A program made the translations under genes and the position numbers. Shown piece after piece: positions 56,428 to 64,000 of a stretch of DNA of 64,000 nt. The first letter of the stretch is position 1. Each line of letters begins with the position of its first letter. The stretch is from positions 18,365 through 82,364 of the forward strand of contig CAYNYL010000003.1 of NCBI GenBank assembly GCA_964401485.1, read 5' to 3'. The notes below the pieces were generated by a model. The model had not been told where the DNA came from. It worked only from the letters and a program-made list of their open reading frames with translations, and did no database searches. This stretch comes from an uncultured Gammaproteobacteria bacterium. Lineage in GTDB: Bacteria > Patescibacteriota > Patescibacteriia > UBA9934.

Positions 56428-57261
56428 ATGGAGGTTGTAAAAAATGATGGGGAGCGGGAGGCTTATTCCGAGGAGAAGGTGATACGGAGCATTGTACATA
56501 CGGGGGCGGATGCAAAAACGGCCGGCGATGTGCTTGCGCGCGTGACGCCTAGGGTGACTGACGGGATGACGACGCGGGAGTTGTACGCGATTGTGCGCGA
56601 GGAGCTTAAGAAGACGAACGTGTGTTTTGGGTGTCGCTATGATTTGCGCGAAGCGATTATTCGACTTGGACCAACTGGATTCCCGTTTGAGCGCTACTTC
56701 TCGGCGATTTTGCGCGAGGAGGGATACGATGCGGAGGTTCCTGAGGGCGAGATTCCCGGAGCCTGTGTCATGCATGAAGTGGATGGACTCGCAAAGAAAG
56801 ATGGAAAGCTCCATTTTATCGAGTGTAAGTTTCGGCAAGACGCAACCGACTACGTCGATCTGAAGAATGCGATGGCGACATGGGCTCGCTTCCTCGATCT
56901 TGTTGACGGCTATGCTTCCGGAAAAAATCCGTACCCGATCACTGATCCGTGGCTTGTAACGAACGCTGCGTTTTCAGATCGAGCGGAGCGGTTTGGACGT
57001 TGTAAGGGGATTCGGCTCATTGGTTGGCATCTTCCAAAGGAACGGCCACTCTCGCAAATCGTAAAGGAGCGACGTATGTGGCCAATCACGATTCTCAATG
57101 AGCTGACTCCAAAGGAGATGGAGGCATTCAGTCGCCATGAAATTATGCTCTGTTCAGAGCTTGCGGGTTATGACCCTGACGATCTCGCGGAGCGACTCGA
57201 CCTGTCTCTTGCTCGGGCCGAGGCGCTTATCCGTCACGCGGGGGAAATTATTGGAGAATGA
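56428..57261 (+). CDS. ATP-cone domain fused to a PD-(D/E)xK (Mrr-like) nuclease fold
   Basis: N-terminal VVKNDGEREAYSEEKVIRSIVHTGADAKTAGDVL (ATP-cone). Central VMHEVDG...KLHFIECKF (D...ExK). Start re-anchored to MEVVKN with TATACT 8 nt upstream. Confidence 0.55.
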   Translation: MEVVKNDGEREAYSEEKVIRSIVHTGADAKTAGDVLARVTPRVTDGMTTRELYAIVREELKKTNVCFGCRYDLREAIIRLGPTGFPFERYFSAILREEGYDAEVPEGEIPGACVMHEVDGLAKKDGKLHFIECKFRQDATDYVDLKNAMATWARFLDLVDGYASGKNPYPITDPWLVTNAAFSDRAERFGRCKGIRLIGWHLPKERPLSQIVKERRMWPITILNELTPKEMEAFSRHEIMLCSELAGYDPDDLAERLDLSLARAEALIRHAGEIIGE

Positions 57262-57812
57262 AGCTCCGAGGCCTTACGGCCTCGGTATCTTCTTACAAAA
57301 CAAGCTTCGCTTGTCCGCTCTCCTCCTTGCCTTGGTGTTCTATGTAGGCCTTGATTTGTCGTTCATTTACTCCGACCGTCGACAGGAAGTAGCCGTCACT
57401 CCAGAAGGCGATTTTCTTGCCATACATCGTCTCTACCGCAGGAAACTTCTTTTGCATCACACGGGAGCTATTTGACTTAAGGATGTTAACGGCTTTCGAG
57501 ATACTCCACTTTGGTGGGATAGACATGAGGAGGTGAACATGATCTACATCCGTGTTTGCCTCAAGGAGCATAAGGTCAGGATAGTTTTTGCAGATGCGGT
57601 GGAAGATCCCAATGCAGTACGCTCCCATGTGATGTTTTAGTACGTGGCGTCGATACTTCGTGACGAACACAAGGTGGTAGCGAGTGTAGTAAACAGCCTG
57701 AGCCTGGCGACGATATTCCATACACCTTGGAGCCTAGCACGAAAGACAAGGCGCGTCGTCGAGCGGAGAAGAGGAAGACACGAGGCCTTACGGCCTCGGT
57801 TTTCTTGTAAAT
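57262..57812 (-). mobile_element. IS200/IS605-family element (tnpA only), bounded by near-identical subterminal hairpins
   Basis: CCGAGGCCTTACGGCCTCGG at 57266..57285 and CGAGGCCTTACGGCCTCG at 57781..57798, in the same orientation. Each is followed by a similar tail of about 20 nt. Confidence 0.6.
57293..57721 (-). CDS. tnpA: IS200-like HUH Y1 transposase TnpA
   Basis: YHLVFVTKYRR and DHVHLL are the HUH and catalytic-Tyr context motifs. 142 aa. Confidence 0.85.
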   Translation of the reverse strand: MEYRRQAQAVYYTRYHLVFVTKYRRHVLKHHMGAYCIGIFHRICKNYPDLMLLEANTDVDHVHLLMSIPPKWSISKAVNILKSNSSRVMQKKFPAVETMYGKKIAFWSDGYFLSTVGVNERQIKAYIEHQGKEESGQAKLVL

Positions 57813-57814
57813 AA

Positions 57815-57840
57815 AAAGCACCGCCTTTCGGCGGTGTTTT
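57815..57840 (-). terminator. rpmB terminator (CACCGCC-tttc-GGCGGTG followed by a T-run on the minus strand)
   Basis: Perfect 7-bp hairpin right after the rpmB stop. Confidence 0.6.
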
Positions 57841-57841
57841 C

Positions 57842-58075
57842 TTAGACCATGAGGAGGGTTCGGAGGTCGAAGACCTTTCCGTCCTTCTGCCATTTTGCGA
57901 GAGTTCGCATTCCACGTGTCGAGATCATCACGGTTTCCATGATTCCCGTAGCAGGATTCATCATCCGCTTTTTGTGGAGGTTTGGCATCTGTCGGCGCTT
58001 CACCTTGCGGTTTGAGTGGCTGACGTGGTTGCCGGTAAGTGGCGTTTTTCCAGTTAGTTTGCAAATTTTTGACAT
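57842..58075 (-). CDS. rpmB: 50S ribosomal protein L28
   Basis: [33 protein letters not shown] matches the L28 N-terminus. Confidence 0.85.
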   Translation of the reverse strand: MSKICKLTGKTPLTGNHVSHSNRKVKRRQMPNLHKKRMMNPATGIMETVMISTRGMRTLAKWQKDGKVFDLRTLLMV

Positions 58076-58187
58076 AAAAATCGTTCGGGGGAAGTGTACG
58101 GGATTTCTTATATTTCGTCAAGGTTCAGGGAAAAGAGAGCACCCCCGCTCATTCGAGACGGGGGTGCGAGACGTGGGAAGCGAACCT

Positions 58188-59057
58188 CTAGATCAAAACG
58201 GTTGCGTGACCGTAGAAGTCCCGGCGATTGTCGTACGCTGTGTCAGTAAGGGTCACCATTGCGTCTTTACGTCCCGTAACCAGGACGGGTACGTGGTCGT
58301 GTGGCATGGGGCTCGTTCCTGCGGGAAACAGGACTCCAAGTAGCGGGATCGATGGGGCATCTGCCTCTCGACGCCAGTGAATCCATTCCGGGTGCTGTGA
58401 AGCGGCGTATAGCACCTCGAGCCAACTGTGTAGCGTGGGGTTGAGCGCGAGGTCGCCGATTTGTGTCCGGTGGGAGGTGTTTCCAAAGCACACTTTCCGA
58501 ATCGAGAGGGTGTTTGGCACGAACCTCGATTCGGGCATGCTTGGGTTGAGAGCGAGGTCTTCACTCCTCTGCCAAGGATCTCGGGTGTGAAGTAGACTCG
58601 GGTACGTTTCGAGAAACGATTCCCCCCAGCACTTTGAGATCAGGCCAACCGCATATCGATACGTCTCGGTGAGCGTACCGAGCGTCCGAACGATTACCGG
58701 AGTCGCGCACTTCTCGTCGCATTCACCGGTGATCGAAATGCGTGAAGCGGCAAACTGGTATCGATCGCGCATCCGATCAATGTCCTCGCCCCCTACTCCT
58801 TCGTAGTTCCGGACGGTTTGGATAAGATCGTCAAGCGGAGTCCAGCGTCCGTGGACGGCGCGAAACGAGGGTATGGTTCTCGTGAGCTTGAACATGCGTT
58901 CCGCAATGTCAGCTCTATTTGCGATGAGACCGACCATATCGCCGTCGAAGCCCGCGGCCTCGAGTTTGCGTTCGAATTGGTCCCAAGTACCTTTCGGCAC
59001 CTCTGCGAATCGGCGGGCCATGGCGGCGGGCCTCCCTCTGTTGTCACGGGCGGGCAT
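58188..59057 (-). CDS. Hypothetical GC-rich protein (289 aa)
   Basis: GGGAGG RBS, with a TTGACT-17-GATGAT promoter upstream at 59110..59138. No family recognised. Confidence 0.5.
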   Translation of the reverse strand: MPARDNRGRPAAMARRFAEVPKGTWDQFERKLEAAGFDGDMVGLIANRADIAERMFKLTRTIPSFRAVHGRWTPLDDLIQTVRNYEGVGGEDIDRMRDRYQFAASRISITGECDEKCATPVIVRTLGTLTETYRYAVGLISKCWGESFLETYPSLLHTRDPWQRSEDLALNPSMPESRFVPNTLSIRKVCFGNTSHRTQIGDLALNPTLHSWLEVLYAASQHPEWIHWRREADAPSIPLLGVLFPAGTSPMPHDHVPVLVTGRKDAMVTLTDTAYDNRRDFYGHATVLI

Positions 59058-59209
59058 TCTTTACAGCACTATGCTGATTGAACGCGGGCCTAATTGGCGT
59101 GACGGAAAAATCATCCTTGGAAAATGGTAAAAAGTCAATATAAACAAAAGCCCCGACCAATCGAGCTGTCTCGAAGGTCGGGGACGGGTAGGGGGCGGGC
59201 GGGCCGGCT

Positions 59210-59779
59210 CTAGGGGATCACCCACCTTGAGCTACGCTGGTTCCCGATCTGGACGACGATCCCGCGCGATTCGAGCTCACGAAGGATGGCCAGTGTCTCC
59301 GGGTACGGGTGGTCGATCGTTTTCGCGATGGCCGATCCCGAAAGCCCGAGGGCGTCTTTGATCAAGAGATCGACGATCTGTGTTTCGTGGTCGGGGGGCT
59401 TGACCTTGAGGACGAACTTTTCGCGAATCGCGAAGAAGCTCTGCCGTCCCTCGATCGTATCGAACTGGCCGCGACCCGAGGCCTTGATCGCCTCTTGGAT
59501 CGCGGTTCGCGCGATGAAGATGTCGAGCGCTTCTCGCACGTCTTCCTCAAGCGCGTTCGTCAGCTGATTCTGCGCGTTCATGCACAGAAGGTCGTCGAGA
59601 ACCGGGAACAGCCTTGCGACGAACTCGTCAAGAAGGCAGGCCTTCTTGACCGTCGTCCTGACAAAGAGCGCACGAAGCGCTCCATCAGCAACCATTCTAC
59701 GAAGGACGGCAGCTGATTGTGGGAATGCTGTGAGAGCAATCCCGCAAACGCCGTCGACCGTATGGGCGTTGTGAATCAT
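59210..59779 (-). CDS. Hypothetical GC-rich protein with C-terminal winged-HTH-like tail
   Basis: Start re-anchored to MIHNAHT (AGGAGG RBS, TTGACT-17-TAGTTT promoter at 59809..59837). C-terminal LGLSGSAIAKTIDHPYPETLAILRELESRGIVVQIGNQRSSRWVIP resembles a wHTH. Confidence 0.45.
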   Translation of the reverse strand: MIHNAHTVDGVCGIALTAFPQSAAVLRRMVADGALRALFVRTTVKKACLLDEFVARLFPVLDDLLCMNAQNQLTNALEEDVREALDIFIARTAIQEAIKASGRGQFDTIEGRQSFFAIREKFVLKVKPPDHETQIVDLLIKDALGLSGSAIAKTIDHPYPETLAILRELESRGIVVQIGNQRSSRWVIP

Positions 59780-59867
59780 TGATTCCTCCTGTCCAAAAGG
59801 GACCAGATAAACTACCATAAATCACCGAAAAAGTCAATGTTTACGAGGTGTGGTAAAATCGAGCTAC

Positions 59868-61973
59868 ATGAAAGAGTACGTATTACAGCCAAGCGCTCCA
59901 AAGAACCTAAAGATTGATTATGAGCGGGAGCTCAACGCTGAGCAATTTGCCGTTGTGCGAGACGGGGACGGAATGGCTCTTGTTCTTGCTGGGGCGGGGT
60001 CGGGGAAGACGAGGACAATTGTCTACCGAGTTGCCTGGCTTCTCGAGCACGGGGTAGCGCCAAGCGAAATCCTGCTTTTGACGTTTACGAACCGTGCAGC
60101 GCACGAAATGGTTGAGCGGGTTGAAGCGCTTCTTGGGTTTTATCCGGAAGGGCTTTGGGCGGGAACATACCATTCGATCGCAAATCGTCTCCTTCGACGG
60201 TATGCCGACGCGATTGGGTTTCAATCGAATTTTTCGATTCTTGACCAAGAGGATGCTCGGGACTTGATTGCGATGTGCGTAAAAGAATGTGGCGTTGATA
60301 CGACGGGAAAGCGATTCCCGAAATCGACCGTACTTCAATCGATCATTTCCTATTCGCGCAATAGTCGCGCGGGGATCTCGGATACGCTTGAGAAAATGCA
60401 TCCGAAATTCCTTCCGATTCGAAGTGAAATCGAACGGGTGGCGGATCGGTATCGCGACCAAAAGCGTCTCCAAAACGCGATGGATTTTGACGACCTTCTC
60501 GTCCTTCTTCTTGAGCTCTTAACAACAAATCCTGGAATCGCGGAGGTGCTTTCAACGGGATTTCGCTATATTCTCGTCGATGAGTTCCAGGATACGAATA
60601 GCATTCAGGCGGATATCGTAAAGATTTTGGCGCGGGTCCATGAAAATCTTCTCGTGGTTGGCGATGATGCTCAAAGCATCTATTCATTCCGAGCGGCGGA
60701 TATTGCGAATATCCTTGATTTTCCAAAACAGTACGAGCATGTGGCCGTTTATCGTCTTACGATGAATTACCGTTCGACTCCGCAGATTCTTTCGATTGCT
60801 AACTCGGTTATTGCAAATAATACGAAGCAGTTTGAAAAAGAGTTACAATCTATGGCTGGGGGTGGGGCAAAGCCTGAGATGATCCCGACCTCAAGTAGTC
60901 GACAAGAGGCGGAGTTTATTGCGCAAAAGATTTTGGATCTTCGTAACGGCGGGGTTGAGTTAAACGAGATTGCCGTTCTTTTCCGCGCGACCTACCATTC
61001 ACAATCACTCGAATTTGAACTCCTAAAGCGCGACATCCCGTACGATTATCGAGGCGGGCTTCGTTTCTTTGAGCGGTCGCATATTAAAGACGCGGTGGCG
61101 CATGTTCGTATCGCGGAGAACATGAAGGATTTGACCGCCTGGTCGCGTATTCTTCGTATCCACCCTGGGCTCGGGCTTGCTGGCTCGGTAAAGATTGCCG
61201 AAGAGGCATCTCGTTACGATTCGCTTCCAGAGTTTTTTGCGCTCTACGCCCCGAAGGGAAAGCGTGCACAGGCGGGTTTTGCGGGCGCAAAACGGATTTG
61301 CGAGAAAATGCTTCTCGCGGGCGGGACGCCAAGCGAGCGAATTCGGGCGATCGCTTCAAGCGACGATTACCGCGCCTACCTTGAAATGACCTTCCCGAAT
61401 TTCGAGGAGCGAATCGAGGATATCGAGCAATTCGCCCTTTTTGCGGAACAATTTACCGATGCCGAAACATTCCTTGCGACGATCTCGCTTACCGATGAAT
61501 GGGGTGCCGGGTCGCAAAAGCCGGCCTTTGAAGAGGCGCGTGTCGTTCTTTCGACCATCCACCAGGCGAAGGGTCTCGAGTGGCGGGCAGTCTTTGTTAT
61601 GCATCTTGCCGAGGGGATGTTCCCACACTCACGCGCCTACGAAGACGAAGCGCAGATGGAGGAGGAGCGTCGACTCTTTTACGTCGCGGTGACGCGCGCT
61701 CGCGAGAATCTCTATTTAAGTTATCCGGTCACGGCGGGAATGGATCGTGTCGAAATTTGTCAGCCGTCGACGTTTCTCGAAGAGATTCCTTCGCGCCAGA
61801 TTGAAGAAGTTCGGCTTAAATCGGCGCCAAGTTACCAATCGCCGTATAAATCCTTCCACAAGCCAACAACCGATTCTTGGGAGGAGCCTGTGATCGTCCT
61901 AAATGAATTAGGTGATAAAATGGAAGAGCGCCCTATGCCTAAATCATTTTTACGGGGCGGTGACGATTTCTAA
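59868..61973 (+). CDS. UvrD/PcrA-family superfamily 1 DNA helicase
   Basis: LNAEQFAVV, Walker A AGAGSGKT, DEFQDTN, and further SF1 motifs. The start may be the upstream GTG at 59850. Confidence 0.85.
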   Translation: MKEYVLQPSAPKNLKIDYERELNAEQFAVVRDGDGMALVLAGAGSGKTRTIVYRVAWLLEHGVAPSEILLLTFTNRAAHEMVERVEALLGFYPEGLWAGTYHSIANRLLRRYADAIGFQSNFSILDQEDARDLIAMCVKECGVDTTGKRFPKSTVLQSIISYSRNSRAGISDTLEKMHPKFLPIRSEIERVADRYRDQKRLQNAMDFDDLLVLLLELLTTNPGIAEVLSTGFRYILVDEFQDTNSIQADIVKILARVHENLLVVGDDAQSIYSFRAADIANILDFPKQYEHVAVYRLTMNYRSTPQILSIANSVIANNTKQFEKELQSMAGGGAKPEMIPTSSSRQEAEFIAQKILDLRNGGVELNEIAVLFRATYHSQSLEFELLKRDIPYDYRGGLRFFERSHIKDAVAHVRIAENMKDLTAWSRILRIHPGLGLAGSVKIAEEASRYDSLPEFFALYAPKGKRAQAGFAGAKRICEKMLLAGGTPSERIRAIASSDDYRAYLEMTFPNFEERIEDIEQFALFAEQFTDAETFLATISLTDEWGAGSQKPAFEEARVVLSTIHQAKGLEWRAVFVMHLAEGMFPHSRAYEDEAQMEEERRLFYVAVTRARENLYLSYPVTAGMDRVEICQPSTFLEEIPSRQIEEVRLKSAPSYQSPYKSFHKPTTDSWEEPVIVLNELGDKMEERPMPKSFLRGGDDF

Positions 61974-61975
61974 CT

Positions 61976-62572
61976 ATGCGCTATATTACAAGCCATCGAC
62001 AGGTAAAGCGTGCACGGTTTCAAACATATGCAGTGCTTAGTATTGTCGTTTCAGCGTTCGCGATCGTTGTCGTAACGGCACTGCTCTTTAAAAGTTTGCG
62101 AGGCGGGGATAGCGCGGACGCGATTGTGGCGGACCCGGCGGACGAGACCGAGAACGAAGTCGCGACGACGGTGGCGGTGGCGGAAGAGCCTGTTCCCGAG
62201 GTCGTCGTGGCGGAAAAACCCTTCGAAGAAATTACGCTTGGTCCGGCGCCGAGCTATGACGGATTTTCGGGAATTGCACGACGCGGGAGGGAAGGGGATC
62301 TTTATACGCACGTCATTGTTGCGTCCCTTCCTCCAATCGATTCTGCCACGAGCTACTATGAGGCTTGGCTTGTAAAGCCGGGTGTGACCGGATTTTTATC
62401 GGCGGGCGATTTTTTTCCAAGGCAGGATGGAAAATGGGGTCTTCTTTTTGAACAAACGGTTGCGGAGGCTCCGATTGATATTGATGAGTATACGAATGTC
62501 ATCGTGACGATTGAGGCGCGAGACGAGAATCCGGCACCGTCCCCAACACACGTCCTTCGGGGGAGCTTCTAA
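61976..62572 (+). CDS. Membrane-anchored protein with RskA-like (anti-sigma-K C-terminal) domain, putative
   Basis: Single N-terminal TM. YYEAWLVKPGVTGFLSAGDFFPRQDGKWGLLFEQ fits the anti-sigma factor C-terminal domain pattern. Confidence 0.4.
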   Translation: MRYITSHRQVKRARFQTYAVLSIVVSAFAIVVVTALLFKSLRGGDSADAIVADPADETENEVATTVAVAEEPVPEVVVAEKPFEEITLGPAPSYDGFSGIARRGREGDLYTHVIVASLPPIDSATSYYEAWLVKPGVTGFLSAGDFFPRQDGKWGLLFEQTVAEAPIDIDEYTNVIVTIEARDENPAPSPTHVLRGSF

Positions 62573-62624
62573 AACAAAACGCGGGAACATCTTTCGATGT
62601 CCCCGCAGACGCCTGCCCCGGCTT

Positions 62625-62900
62625 CTATTCGCGCCGGTAGCGGACGTACTCCGCATCCGCGAGTCTGTCATCCGGCACGAATCTCGTTCCGGTGATGTGG
62701 TTCATGGCATCGAGTACGTCATTGATCTCGACGTTGGCCTCGAGTTTCAGCTTGTCGTCGTGACCGTGCCAGAGCACGGTGTCGTAGGTGCCGGCTTCGT
62801 TTCGCCGACTCATCGACACGAGATTGCGTTTCGGTTCGAATGTGATCAACCGGACGTTGGTCAGCCCCTCCGCCATGGTTTCTAGCAACTCGTCGAGCAT
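62625..62900 (-). CDS. Hypothetical GC-rich small protein (91 aa)
   Basis: TTGACTTTTT-type promoter at 62936..62963. No family assigned. Confidence 0.4.
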   Translation of the reverse strand: MLDELLETMAEGLTNVRLITFEPKRNLVSMSRRNEAGTYDTVLWHGHDDKLKLEANVEINDVLDAMNHITGTRFVPDDRLADAEYVRYRRE

Positions 62901-62904
62901 CTAG

Positions 62905-64000
<1,096 letters not shown>

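Overview
Compact bacterial chromosome segment, densely packed with housekeeping genes on both strands. These include a 5'-truncated M16 peptidase, tpiA, rpmG, an RND transporter, RNA-modification enzymes, a DEAD-box helicase, an ABC-2 exporter, a two-component system, and a csoR-copA copper operon. Also present are typA, a complete F-type ATP synthase operon, mscL, nrdAB, rnhB, HU, an LCP protein, rpmB, a UvrD helicase, a 3'-truncated tgt and four tRNAs. The main non-housekeeping element is a complete diversity-generating retroelement (DGR) at about 9.6-12.2 kb. It has a GC-rich target gene carrying a C-terminal variable repeat (VR), an AAC-rich template repeat (TR) that differs from VR almost only at TR adenines, an Avd-like gene in inverted orientation, and an RT carrying the DGR motifs. 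Other notable points are a mosaic of single-gene GC-rich islands with GC3-biased codons. Several islands share a TTGACTTTTT-type -35 element. There is also an ATP-cone domain fused to a PD-(D/E)xK nuclease beside an IS200/IS605-type tnpA flanked by matching hairpins, and many apparently leaderless genes. Many six-frame ORF starts seem too far upstream, and several use GTG or TTG. I re-anchored starts where conserved N-termini or stop-start junctions supported it. Coordinates I derived by manual indexing may be off by about 1 nt.
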